From positions 18,342-82,341 of IMG/VR virus record IMGVR_UViG_3300037493_003174: a stretch of 64,000 bases of DNA; one strand, written 5' to 3'. This stretch comes from a virus. Both the position numbers and the translations under genes were made by a program. Positions 8,000 through 19,300 of this stretch are shown here, one piece after another; position 1 is the first letter of the stretch; every line of letters starts with the position of its first letter. The notes beneath the pieces were generated by a model. It was not told where the DNA came from. It did not search any database and was given only the letters and a program-made list of their open reading frames with translations.

Positions 8000-10966
8000 A
8001 TGGCAACGTACTTACAAGGAGTTACAGATTATATACCACAGTTTCAACCGTTTCAACCGGACCTGAACTTCTATGGTAATATAATGCAAACTAAGCAAAC
8101 CCAGTATGATACAAACTGGAAGTCTTTAAATAAAATGTATGGTCAGTATTATAATGCTGAGCTTACCCGTGATGGAAACATTTCAAAAAAAGATAGTTAT
8201 TTAAAAGAAATTGAGTTTAACTTAAAAAGAGTATCACAGCTGGATTTGTCTCTAGAACAGAATGTAACTCAGGCAACTCAAATCTTTAAACCATTCTATG
8301 AAGACAAGTCCTTAATGAAAGATATGGCTTGGACAAAGAATTACAACAACCAAAGCAATAGAGCAGAAATCTTTAAGGTTTCATCTGATGAAAAAGATAG
8401 AACTCAGTATTGGGAAACAGGTGTTAGAGAAATGCAATATTTAAAAGATGAGTTTAAACTTGCTACAGATAGTGAAGCAATGAACTTTTCTAATGTAGAG
8501 TATACTCCTTATGTTAATGCTGTTGAGAAAGCTCAGGATGTTGCTAAAGAAGCTGGTCTTTCTGTTGAGTCAGTTGACTTTAGTAAAGATGGTAGATGGA
8601 TTATAAAGACTAAGAATGGTCAACAACTTGTTGAACCCTTACAAAAGTTATTTGAAGCACGCCTTGGTAGTGATCCTGCTATTCAAGCTGTATATAAAAC
8701 ACAGTCTTTTGTAAATAGAAAAGATTATGCATATTCTAATGCAGCACAATTTAAAGGAGACAAGAATGCAGCAGAGATGAAATATCTTGAAAACAGTTTT
8801 AATGTTTTAAAAGAAAAAAGTACTGCAAGATATAAAGGTCTTCAAGAAAATTCTAAAAGCTATGATAATAAAATTGCTGATATTGAGAAGCAAATAAAAG
8901 ATGGAAAAGCATCTCCAGAAGCTACACAAGCTTTAGAGCAGTATAAGATGAACAAAGAGATCAATGATAAAGTTTTAGCCCGCGCAGAACAGGAACAAAA
9001 AGATCTTAATGGTGGTCAGTCAAGTACACCAACTACATCAAATGGTTTTGTTAATCCTTATGGAGATCTTAAATCATTAAGATGGAAAGTTGATAATGGT
9101 ATGGCTTCTTTGCTTATGCAAAAAGATTTAGATGAGGCAGCAAACATATTTGCATTTAAAGATGCAAAACAAGATATGGATGCTAATCCATATGCTGTAC
9201 TTGCTGATAAACATAAGTATAGCATGCAACAAATTGCAACTAGAAATGCTGGTCTTGCAAATGCAGCAAGAATCCGTAATGAAGGTGAAAGAAAAACCAT
9301 GCTTGACAAAGCTAGACTTACTGCTGGAACACATTATCAAGATGAACAGACAGGAGAGATCAAACCAATTGAAGCTCTTGATCAAGTGTTTACAAGACAG
9401 AATGCAAGTGGAACGGCAACTCCAGAATTAGATATGAGAAAGGTGAGCAAGCAGATAGTTTCAATACAAACTAAATCTGTTGCTATTCCTTATTTAAAAA
9501 ATGTAACCACACTTCTTGATCAGCTTGTAGCTAGCAAAAGTATGACAGAAAAACAAGCTTCTCAAATACTTGGTTATAACAAGAGTCCAAATATTAATAG
9601 AAAAACATTTAGTGATAAGCTAAATAAGTATGGAGTAACTTGGGTTACTAGTGAAGTTGGTGTAGAAGGTTTAAATAAGATAAAACGAAACATGTCTACA
9701 TGGTTAAGTCAAAATAATCAGTTGTCAGGTTTAGATGGAACAGCTTATAATAGTTTTAAAAAATCATCATTAATGTTTGATGACTATACAAATTACTTAA
9801 AGGCTGATCAAGAGTGGAAAGCAAAGTCTTCAAAAGAAGTAGAAGGTGAATTAAGAAGATTAGGTTATAAGAATGTAGATTACTTATATGATAATAATGG
9901 TAAGCAAAGAACTAAAGTAGAATACTTTGATGCACTAGCAAAAGCAGGTAAGATAAGTAAATCAGATGCTAAAGATTCTAAATCATATAAATCAGAAAAC
10001 AGAACCTGGTTACAAAAACTTGGACCAGGTAACTGGATTGATATGGCTGTTGAAGCATATAATGCACCAGATATTGATTATGATGAAATGGTTGGTGCTG
10101 CTAATAAAGTATATAGTACTGGAAAAGTAAAAGCTCAAGTTGTTGGTTTAGACAAACTAGGATCAATGTCAGGTTCAGGTACTTTTGCTCCTAATTCAAG
10201 TTCAATATTTGTAAATCCAAAAGGTCATACATCATCAAATATAAGATTTGGAGAAATACTTTCAGATATGAGTAATGTTGATTGGGGTGCTAATAATAAA
10301 AACAAAGTAACATTTGGAGGTACTAGCGCAAATTCATATAATACAGCTTCTGGAAAAAATAATACTGGTGTTGCTTTACTTGATCAAATTAGAGCAGAGT
10401 TAACTAGACCAGGTAAAACTAAGATGGGTAACTTTAGAGTTGACGTATCACCAATTGCAGCTGGAAGTATTAACAAATCTGCAGTTATTATTTATCCAGA
10501 TGCAACATGGTTAAAAGGACAAGTATATACTAAAAATAAAGAAGGTGTAAAAACTAAACCTGGATTAATTAGTGCAACTGAGTATGATCAAATTATGAAA
10601 AATGGTGTGTCATATGTAACTGATTCAGGAAATATGACAAACTCAGTTTATATGAGTGCTTATCAAACACCTTTAGAATCTTATGTTGATTACTTAGATA
10701 CTAAAGGTCAAGCTTATGTTTATACTGATCCTTTAAGTTCTAACTATTCATTTAGTATTGAAAAAAACAAACTAGGCACAGGAGATTATATAACAACTTT
10801 TAAATATCCTGTTTGGAATAATAGTACAAAAAAATATGATTTTGAAACTGCAAGAGACAATGTAACCAACTATGGTCAGGGTATGGAACAAGCAAGATTT
10901 CAAGCTATGGATTTGATAGAAAAGTATAAACAAATTAATAAAAGTTCATATAATGGCAACAGATAA
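8000..10966 (+). CDS. Virion cargo/ejection protein
   Basis: 988 aa, no Cys seen; N-terminus YIPQFQPFQPDLNFY...KQTQYD; directly precedes the giant-protein block. Confidence 0.55.
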   Translation: MATYLQGVTDYIPQFQPFQPDLNFYGNIMQTKQTQYDTNWKSLNKMYGQYYNAELTRDGNISKKDSYLKEIEFNLKRVSQLDLSLEQNVTQATQIFKPFYEDKSLMKDMAWTKNYNNQSNRAEIFKVSSDEKDRTQYWETGVREMQYLKDEFKLATDSEAMNFSNVEYTPYVNAVEKAQDVAKEAGLSVESVDFSKDGRWIIKTKNGQQLVEPLQKLFEARLGSDPAIQAVYKTQSFVNRKDYAYSNAAQFKGDKNAAEMKYLENSFNVLKEKSTARYKGLQENSKSYDNKIADIEKQIKDGKASPEATQALEQYKMNKEINDKVLARAEQEQKDLNGGQSSTPTTSNGFVNPYGDLKSLRWKVDNGMASLLMQKDLDEAANIFAFKDAKQDMDANPYAVLADKHKYSMQQIATRNAGLANAARIRNEGERKTMLDKARLTAGTHYQDEQTGEIKPIEALDQVFTRQNASGTATPELDMRKVSKQIVSIQTKSVAIPYLKNVTTLLDQLVASKSMTEKQASQILGYNKSPNINRKTFSDKLNKYGVTWVTSEVGVEGLNKIKRNMSTWLSQNNQLSGLDGTAYNSFKKSSLMFDDYTNYLKADQEWKAKSSKEVEGELRRLGYKNVDYLYDNNGKQRTKVEYFDALAKAGKISKSDAKDSKSYKSENRTWLQKLGPGNWIDMAVEAYNAPDIDYDEMVGAANKVYSTGKVKAQVVGLDKLGSMSGSGTFAPNSSSIFVNPKGHTSSNIRFGEILSDMSNVDWGANNKNKVTFGGTSANSYNTASGKNNTGVALLDQIRAELTRPGKTKMGNFRVDVSPIAAGSINKSAVIIYPDATWLKGQVYTKNKEGVKTKPGLISATEYDQIMKNGVSYVTDSGNMTNSVYMSAYQTPLESYVDYLDTKGQAYVYTDPLSSNYSFSIEKNKLGTGDYITTFKYPVWNNSTKKYDFETARDNVTNYGQGMEQARFQAMDLIEKYKQINKSSYNGNR

Positions 10967-13900
10967 TAATGTACCATTCAGTTCTTTAGATTCACTAGGT
11001 CCGGAATATGGAAGTATTAATACTCCAACAATTGATGCTAAAGGATTAGCAGCATTTGAAGGAGATAGGATTGATATGCCTAAAATAAATTTTGAGGCAT
11101 CTGAAAGTTTTACACCAACTTTACCTGATGTACAAAATCTAAATAATCCGGCTGCTCAAGTTAGAAAAAATGTTGTAGGAATCTCTCCTAGTAAACCAGG
11201 TGTAAATAAAAATGCTAGTGTAGATGATTTAAAAAAGTCTATGAAAGATTATGCATTGGCTACTATAAGAGCAACTGCAGATAAAAATCAATATGGAAAG
11301 ATCTATTCATATAATGCTGGACCAGATGGTAATGCATTTTATAAAAGATATCAAGCTTATGGTCAAGAAAAGTTTGATGCAATTGGGTTTTCTCCATTAA
11401 GAGATAATGAAGCATTGTTTAATGCTAGAACCACTCAGTGGGATGATTTTAGTAGAATGATGACAAACTCATTTGTCCCGCTCTTTACAAGAGGTTTTGT
11501 ATCAGGACCAAAGTCATTAGGCAGAATGCTTACTGGTGATTTTACTGGAACAGATTTAGAAGATGCGGCAGCTTATGAAGAAGCTGCTGCTATTGGTCAA
11601 TCAAGTAAAGGAGGCTTTGGTGGCTTTGCTACTAATGCTCTTATGAATTTTTCATATTCAGCTGGTATTATTACTGAAGCTATAGTGGAAGAAGTTGGTT
11701 TAGCATTAGCTACTGTAGGTACAGCAGGAGGAGCAGCTCCTATTCTTGGTGTTAGAACAGGTATAAACATTGGAAGAATAGGAAAAGCACTATATAAAGG
11801 AGTTAATTTTGCTGGAGATGGTATAAAAGCTATTAATAAAACTCTAGATGCAGTAGGTAGTGTAAAAGGAGCTAGAGAATTTTGGAATGCTAGTAAAGGT
11901 TTTGCTAAGACAGTGAATCCATTAAGTAATACTTTTGATGCATACAACTTAGCAAATAAAGCAGACAATCTTAATAATCTTGGAAGAGCATATAAAACTG
12001 CTGGTGGTTTTTATAGAGATGTAAGAAACATCAATATGGCATTATCAGAAGCAAGACTTGAAGCAGGTATGGTAGAGAATGGTATTTATGATAATCTCTA
12101 CAATGAATACTATGCAAAAAACAATGAAGCTCCATCAGATGATGTACAATATGATATGATGAAACAAGCCAAGAAAGGATCATTAAATACCCTTTACTGG
12201 AACACAGGTCTTATCTATGGATCAAACTTAATTACATTTCCAAACATTGTTGGTCCTAAAGGTGGATTAAGAAACTTTTCTAAAGCAACTATTAAAGAAC
12301 TATCAGAAGTATCTGGTGGTAAGTTTGGTAAATTAGGTAAGGTTGTATATGATCAAGGTAAAAAGAAGTTTGCCTTTGAGAAAAATAATTTTAAAAATTA
12401 TGTAAAAGGCTGGGCAAAGGATCCAATACATAAATCATTAGGTAATACAGTTGGATATTTCAAAGCTAACTTTACTGAAGGTATTCAAGAAAACTTACAG
12501 GAAGTTATTGGTGGTGCTAATGAAAGATATTATACAGATACATTTAAAAGTGGAGCAGTTCAATCACATAATTATAGTAAGTCAGTATCACAATATGATT
12601 ACTTTTCTGATGAGTTAGGAAAACAATTCTCTGCACAAGGATTTGAAACATTTGCTTCAGGTTTTGTAATGGGAACATTTGCATCTCCTTTAAATAAAAG
12701 TTTTGAATATCTTGGTGTTGGCTTTAATAGAATGTTCAATAAAGAAGATTATCAAAAACTAAAAGATAAGAAACTTGAGATAACAAAAGATTTAGTTAAT
12801 AATCTAAATGGAATTGATGTTAAAGATTTCTTAGATGCTAAAATATTTAACTATGGTCAACAGGATATTATATCTAAAGTAAAAGAATCCGGAAGTAAAA
12901 AAGAAGCAATGGATGCTGATCATGAGGGTTTATTAAATCAAATGGATTTACTTATTAGAAATGGTAGTTTAGAATCATATCAAGAAAAGCTAAGAGATCT
13001 ACAACAACTAACTCCAGAAGAGTTTGAAGATGCTGTTCCTACTATACCTAAAGGTGAAGGTGCTAAGTATCAAACTAAGATTAATGATACCATTGATAAA
13101 ATGGATAAGATTAATAGTAGATATAAAACCTACAAAGAGAAGTTTGAGAATCCTATTGATCCAGATAATCTTCCTCCAAAAGGAACTCCTGAATATGAGA
13201 ATGCTGTGACTTTGCATAATGCATGGGAAGATTCTATTAAGAATGCTGTGTTCTTCAATGAAACATTTGAAGATACAATGAAAAGAAAAAGAGATATTTT
13301 ACAAAAGTTTAATACTCAAAAGCCTTTACAAAGTTTAACTCAAAGAGACTCAGAAGTTATATTTGATAATGATAAACTACGTAATGAAGTTGGTTTACTT
13401 AAAAATGAAATTGAATCTCTTAAGCAATTAAAAGATCCTGCATCTAAAGAAGAATTAAAAAAGAAAGAAAGCAAGCTTGCTGCAATGCAAAAACTTGGTG
13501 AATCTACAGTTAGCTTTACAAACTTCTTTAATAGATATGAAAGATCTGCAGAAATTAGAGAGGTTCTTCAGAAAGAAAAAGGTGATGTACCTGTAACTGA
13601 TGAAGAAGTAGAAGCTGTAATGGATGAATACTTTGGAGAGTTTAGTGAAGAAAATAAGATTAAACAGACATCTGAATATGAAGCAGCTTTTAAAGATTAC
13701 CTTAAAACTGTTGCAAATGTAAATAAGGATTACTTGTTTGATGAGAAGGTTGATGAAGCCTTTGAATTACTTACAGATCATCATAAATTAGATTCTGAAG
13801 CTAGATCACTTATTAAAGGAGTTAACTTACTACATGACCCGGCAGGATTTCTTGATCTTGTAGAAAGAAACCAGAAATGGATGAAAGATCTTTATGCAAG

Positions 13901-16373
13901 AAGAGGTGAGTACTATCAGAAAATGATAACAGATCAGTTTGACATTGTAGTAGATAATGCTCTCTTAAATGCATTAGCTAATAAAAGTGTATACATTAGT
14001 ATGGATGACTTTGCTGCTTGGAAAAATGAAGGTATTCCACCGTCAGAGTTTTATGATCATGCAAGAAAGTTAGTTATACCTGAAGGAACAGAAGCCTATG
14101 ATGTATATTATATGCTTTTTGATCAAGCGGCTCAATTAAAAGCAGAGAAAAGTGGAACAGTACCATCATCATTAGATGCCGTTCTTAATGCAGATTTAGA
14201 AAAACTTGAATCACAAAAAGAAGCAGAGCTTAAGAATGTTCCAATGATTGAAACAAAAGTTTCTAAAGGTAAGTTAGAACCAAATTCTTCTGGTCAAATT
14301 ACTGCTAAGATGGTACAGGAACAACTTCAACCAAATACATATGCTGAAGCAAGTTATGGAGATGAAGACAATTTTATATTGTTCATGGATGAAGCTGGTA
14401 ATCTTAGAGAGAATGATGCTGAGGGAGCTGTTGTTGAAGTTAATAAGGTACCTGTTGCATTTACTTCTGTAGAAACTTATGTGATTGCAGAAAGACCTAA
14501 TCCAGAATATGCCCAGGAGATTGAAAAAAGATATGAAGATCTTAAAGAAGACAGGATCAATCAGTATACTGCGCAAGTAGAAGAGGTTGAGAAAAAAGAA
14601 AAAGAACAAAAGACTACAGAGATAGAACCAATTACTTCAGCTACTTCATTAGAAGATATTATCAGACGTTCTCCTGCTTTGTATAACAAGCTTAATAAAG
14701 AATTTACTGAAAGAGTTATTAAGAAAATGGATTCAGAGGAGTATGTAAATATGAATTCTGAGCAAGAAAGAAACTTGTTTGAAAAGTTTCTTCAATCTGA
14801 TCCAATTGCAAAAGGGCTTATTGATACTTACAACAAAGAGCAAAAGCTTGATGAAGCTACTAAAGAAACTGGTGAGAAAGAAGAATTTGAATTCATGTAT
14901 CAAGGTAAGATGGTTAAGACGGCAGATCTTAAAACCATTCAAGACCTTGAGAAAATGAAAAGAAGATTTGACAAGATGATTAAGGATATTAATGAGAGTG
15001 AAGATGCTACTACTGAAGATATGACTAACAAGTCTAAGTATAGTATTATCTCTAAAGACCTTGAAAAACTTATCAATACAAGAACTAAGAATGATGCTAA
15101 AGTATCAGATGAAATTACTGCTGATGAATATAATGACTTTGTTGATAATGGTATAGTTAAAGCTGGCCGTATCACTAAGATTGCAGAAAAAGTTAAGAAT
15201 GGTACAGACCTTACTCAACAAGAGAAAGAAATGTTCCAAGATAAAACTACTGAGATCAATGAAGAGCTCCGTAAGATGAATGAGAAAGATGCTGCTAAAG
15301 CTAAACCATCTGACATAGAAAAGGAACTATTTTCAGAAACTGATAGTAAAGGAAGAATTAATACTGTTTTTTCTACTACAAAAGAAAAAGATGGATTAAT
15401 TAAAACAACATTTACTTTTAATAGATCAGATAAAGACCCATCTCAAAGAAACAATATGATAACAGGTATTCCTGTAGAAAAAGCATTAGGTAATAAGTAT
15501 ACTATTGATGAGGAATACGTACCTGAAGGAGCCAAAGTAGTTGGAGTTTCTGAAATTAGAATAGATAAAACAGGTGCAGGAGCAACAGTTACTTTTGAAA
15601 TAGATGGAGAAAAATCTCAAGGTGAAGTTAAATTAAATACTAATACTACTTATGATGCAGAACTAGCTGCTTTAGAAAGTACTTCTGCTGCTGATACAAT
15701 TCCAGAAGATCCACAGTCTAGTGATGATGTTGATTCACCAACACAAGATAGTGATTCTAGAAAAGTAGAAGTAATTGATGATGCTAAGAGATATTCAATT
15801 GATGACTTTAAAGCAGATGTTGCAAAAGTTAAAACAATGGATGAGCTACAACAAATTGTTTCAGACTTACACATTAAAGTTTCTGAAGAAGCTGTTGCAT
15901 TTGAAGATTTACAAGTTATGTCTGAACTAGCTAAACAAAAAGCTGCAGAAATAAGAGCTGGAGATGTAAAAATTGATCCAATTGGTTTAACAGAAGGTAC
16001 TCAAGTTATAGCAAAAGAGATTATCTTTGATAATGCAAATATGTTTGCAATGGCTAATGATACTCTTGTAGTCAAGTCAGTTGATAAAACAAAGAAAACT
16101 ATTACAGTTACTCCTATGGGAAGTACAGAAGAAATGACTGTAGGCTTTGATAAGTTAAATGAAATGTTTATATTAAAAGATACAGTAATGGACACAACAG
16201 AACAAGTTACAGAACCTGTTACTAAAGAAGAACAGGAAATGGTTACTCAGTCATCAGATTTAGCTGATACTATACTAAACAGTCCTGATCAGTTAACAGA
16301 ACTTGAGAAAACTGTTTCTAAGAAAACAGTTAGTGAATTAGATGCTGAGTTATTAGAAGACTTGAAATGTTAA
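10953..16373 (+). CDS. Giant ejected virion protein 1
   Basis: 1806 aa; Gly/Ala-rich hydrophobic segment (VGLALATVGTAGGAAPILG), EGIQE motif and long charged helical regions; the only Cys is the last residue. Confidence 0.6.
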   Translation: MATDNNVPFSSLDSLGPEYGSINTPTIDAKGLAAFEGDRIDMPKINFEASESFTPTLPDVQNLNNPAAQVRKNVVGISPSKPGVNKNASVDDLKKSMKDYALATIRATADKNQYGKIYSYNAGPDGNAFYKRYQAYGQEKFDAIGFSPLRDNEALFNARTTQWDDFSRMMTNSFVPLFTRGFVSGPKSLGRMLTGDFTGTDLEDAAAYEEAAAIGQSSKGGFGGFATNALMNFSYSAGIITEAIVEEVGLALATVGTAGGAAPILGVRTGINIGRIGKALYKGVNFAGDGIKAINKTLDAVGSVKGAREFWNASKGFAKTVNPLSNTFDAYNLANKADNLNNLGRAYKTAGGFYRDVRNINMALSEARLEAGMVENGIYDNLYNEYYAKNNEAPSDDVQYDMMKQAKKGSLNTLYWNTGLIYGSNLITFPNIVGPKGGLRNFSKATIKELSEVSGGKFGKLGKVVYDQGKKKFAFEKNNFKNYVKGWAKDPIHKSLGNTVGYFKANFTEGIQENLQEVIGGANERYYTDTFKSGAVQSHNYSKSVSQYDYFSDELGKQFSAQGFETFASGFVMGTFASPLNKSFEYLGVGFNRMFNKEDYQKLKDKKLEITKDLVNNLNGIDVKDFLDAKIFNYGQQDIISKVKESGSKKEAMDADHEGLLNQMDLLIRNGSLESYQEKLRDLQQLTPEEFEDAVPTIPKGEGAKYQTKINDTIDKMDKINSRYKTYKEKFENPIDPDNLPPKGTPEYENAVTLHNAWEDSIKNAVFFNETFEDTMKRKRDILQKFNTQKPLQSLTQRDSEVIFDNDKLRNEVGLLKNEIESLKQLKDPASKEELKKKESKLAAMQKLGESTVSFTNFFNRYERSAEIREVLQKEKGDVPVTDEEVEAVMDEYFGEFSEENKIKQTSEYEAAFKDYLKTVANVNKDYLFDEKVDEAFELLTDHHKLDSEARSLIKGVNLLHDPAGFLDLVERNQKWMKDLYARRGEYYQKMITDQFDIVVDNALLNALANKSVYISMDDFAAWKNEGIPPSEFYDHARKLVIPEGTEAYDVYYMLFDQAAQLKAEKSGTVPSSLDAVLNADLEKLESQKEAELKNVPMIETKVSKGKLEPNSSGQITAKMVQEQLQPNTYAEASYGDEDNFILFMDEAGNLRENDAEGAVVEVNKVPVAFTSVETYVIAERPNPEYAQEIEKRYEDLKEDRINQYTAQVEEVEKKEKEQKTTEIEPITSATSLEDIIRRSPALYNKLNKEFTERVIKKMDSEEYVNMNSEQERNLFEKFLQSDPIAKGLIDTYNKEQKLDEATKETGEKEEFEFMYQGKMVKTADLKTIQDLEKMKRRFDKMIKDINESEDATTEDMTNKSKYSIISKDLEKLINTRTKNDAKVSDEITADEYNDFVDNGIVKAGRITKIAEKVKNGTDLTQQEKEMFQDKTTEINEELRKMNEKDAAKAKPSDIEKELFSETDSKGRINTVFSTTKEKDGLIKTTFTFNRSDKDPSQRNNMITGIPVEKALGNKYTIDEEYVPEGAKVVGVSEIRIDKTGAGATVTFEIDGEKSQGEVKLNTNTTYDAELAALESTSAADTIPEDPQSSDDVDSPTQDSDSRKVEVIDDAKRYSIDDFKADVAKVKTMDELQQIVSDLHIKVSEEAVAFEDLQVMSELAKQKAAEIRAGDVKIDPIGLTEGTQVIAKEIIFDNANMFAMANDTLVVKSVDKTKKTITVTPMGSTEEMTVGFDKLNEMFILKDTVMDTTEQVTEPVTKEEQEMVTQSSDLADTILNSPDQLTELEKTVSKKTVSELDAELLEDLKC

Positions 16374-16376
16374 GCT

Positions 16377-19300
16377 ATGAAAATACAATGTGCTTTATCT
16401 GAATCTCAGATTAAAAAATTATATTCTAATGTGTATGGAAATATGGTTGAACAAGGAGACGCGTTTAACCCTGAGCAATACATGAAGGATTTGTTCAATA
16501 AGATTGCAAAAAACTCTGATGTAGATACTGCAGCTAAGTTTATGCAACAAGTTCCATCTATGATTGGAACAGCATCCTTCCGTCCGGCTCTGGAAGATTT
16601 TGAAATTAAAACAGATTCACTAAAACCACTTATCAAAAAGTTTAAGAAGTCTGAGAATGGTATTGATAATACTGTTAAATTTTTTAGACCACAACTGGAT
16701 CCAGATGTTGAGAAAGAACTTATTGAAAAGAAAGCATTAAGTGCATTTCATATTGCTGAGAAGACTAGTGATACAGTTCCTGCTGATCCATTTAACTATC
16801 AGACATACTCATCTTTGTCAACTACTTTTCAGGAATTTATCTCTAAGAATCCTAATGAAGATATTCAAACAGAAACTTTTGATCCAGGAAGAAGAACAAT
16901 TTATTCTACTCTTGCCGCAATTAGAGAAGAAGCAAATAACAATACTCCATTAAGAGAACTTGTATATCAAGATACTATACTTAAGTTAAAGCCTGTAAGG
17001 TTATCTGAAGTAGATGAGAATCTATTGGATAAGACAACAAAGAGATTGGTCAATAGGGCAGCTTATTTGAAGGGGTCAGGTCAGGCACAATCTTATGTAA
17101 CAACACCAGATAATATATTCCTAATGGTTATCTCTGATAAAGATGGTATTCCATTACAGTTTAATGAACAAGGAGATATTGTTGCTGAAGGTGGTCAACT
17201 TGTTTACCAATTCTTGAGAGAGGTTAGAAAGGATGGGAATAAGTTTAAGGTTACAGATATCTACGGAAGGTCAGAACAAATTATTGATCCGGCTATTCTA
17301 GCTGAGAAATCAGGTATTACATTAGAAGAAGCTCAAGTAAGACAACAGGATGAGTTTAAAGAGCTCTATGAGTTTAGAGAAAAGCTTATTAAAGGTGACT
17401 CACCTTTAGTTGACATTGTAGGAGTTAGCCAGGGAATAAGTGAGATTAAACCAAATGCATTAAACTTATCCAATATCAGTATTATACTAGAAGATAATGA
17501 CCATGCAATAAGAACATTGTCTGTTGTTAAATCACCACGTTCTGGTTTTGAAAAAGGAGAAGGAGTTATTACTATAAAAGGTGTTGAATATAAAGTTGAC
17601 CGTCCAAACTTAACTGCAGAACTTACTAAAAAGATTGCTACAGTCTTGACTAACAAGGAGTTAACAAACAAAGAAAAGTATGATTATGTATCTCAACTCT
17701 TAGCAGACAAGGCATCAAATGATACAAGAAAGCATGAACTTGAGTATCTTGAAAAAACAGATAAACTAATGTTCTCATATTCTCCAACAACTTTTGCTGA
17801 AGGATATAGTAAGTTTATTGATGTAGATCTTAACTCACCAGAAGCATTCCAACAAATTACTGATGCGTTAACAAATGCTTCAGGAAAAGATGGTAAGTAC
17901 TTTAGTGCTAAAATGACTTATAGTGATAATGCAATTGAGAAAGGTTATCAAGATTATGATTTGGCAACTAACACATTGTCAGATGATTACCAAGATTACT
18001 TTGCTTTAATTAAAGGTCTTCCAAATACTAAAATCTTTGCAGATATATCTATTGATAGTAGATCATTCAATAGTTACATGGGATTTGCAATTCCAAATCA
18101 GTTCACAGAACAACTGGCAAAAGCTCAAGAGTCAACTGAGACAGTAAACAAAGATGACTTCTTTGAGTCTATGGTAGATGAAAGTCTTACTCCAGGAGAA
18201 GAGATGTTCAATACTCTAATGAAAGAAGCAATTTCAACAGAGGCCAGAGGATGGAAAACTATTGTTGATCAGGAAACAGGTAAGCTTCACAAGGACAATT
18301 ACTACATGTCAACTTATTTAACTAACCAGTTAAAAAATAATGCTAGACGGTTTACAAAAGAAACCATGCAAGAAGTACTTGATAATTATTCAACTTTCAG
18401 AAGGCCAAGTAAAACTGAGATGGAAATCATCCAGAAGGAATTTGATAAAGCATTTGCTCCTCAAGTAACTAAAGCTAAATCAATTGAAGAAGTTCAAAAT
18501 GAGATTAATAGTTATATTGATCCAAAGAATGTCCCAACTCCAGAAAGCAATGGTCCGGGTGATGCATTCTTCCTAAGAAAAGGAGACCTTCCATCTGATG
18601 TATCTACTGAGCAGGTAGAAGATGCTAAACAATGGTGGGCAAACTCTCCATTAAACAAACACATTGGACTTAAACAAGTAGCAAACATTGTTAATTCTAA
18701 TGCTTATGCAAGATTCATTGCTTATGGTGCTGCATTAAATGGCAACCTAGGTATGATTGAAGTTGCAGCAACTGGGAATATGGTTGATGTTTATCATGAA
18801 GCTTGGCATGGCTTCTCTCAATTATATCTTACTAAAGCAGAAAAGAAGGCTCTATACAATGAAGTACTTAGAAGAACAGGTAAAAGCTTAAGCTTCTTTG
18901 AAATTGAAGAATTACTTGCTGAGGAGTTTAGAGATTATGCAAAGAATCAAAAGACAGTAAAAGATGCACCAAAAAGAAATAGTCTTTTTAGAAAAATACT
19001 TGATTTCTTAAAAGCATTATTTGGAAAAGGTTCAGTTACAAATCTATCTGAGATAAGTACAGTAAAAGAATTATTTGATAATTTATATTTAGGTAAGAAT
19101 CTGAATAACTACACACCACTTATAGACAATGTTATGTTTGACTTGCTCTACAGAAACAGTGGTATAGTTAAACCAGGTACTGAGACAGATCAAGTATTAA
19201 ATAGACAAGACTCCAACTTATTGAAAGATAGTATGGATTCTATTATCTCTGATATCATTGACAATGAAGTAAGTAAAAGAGATAATAAGGGAGCAACTTT

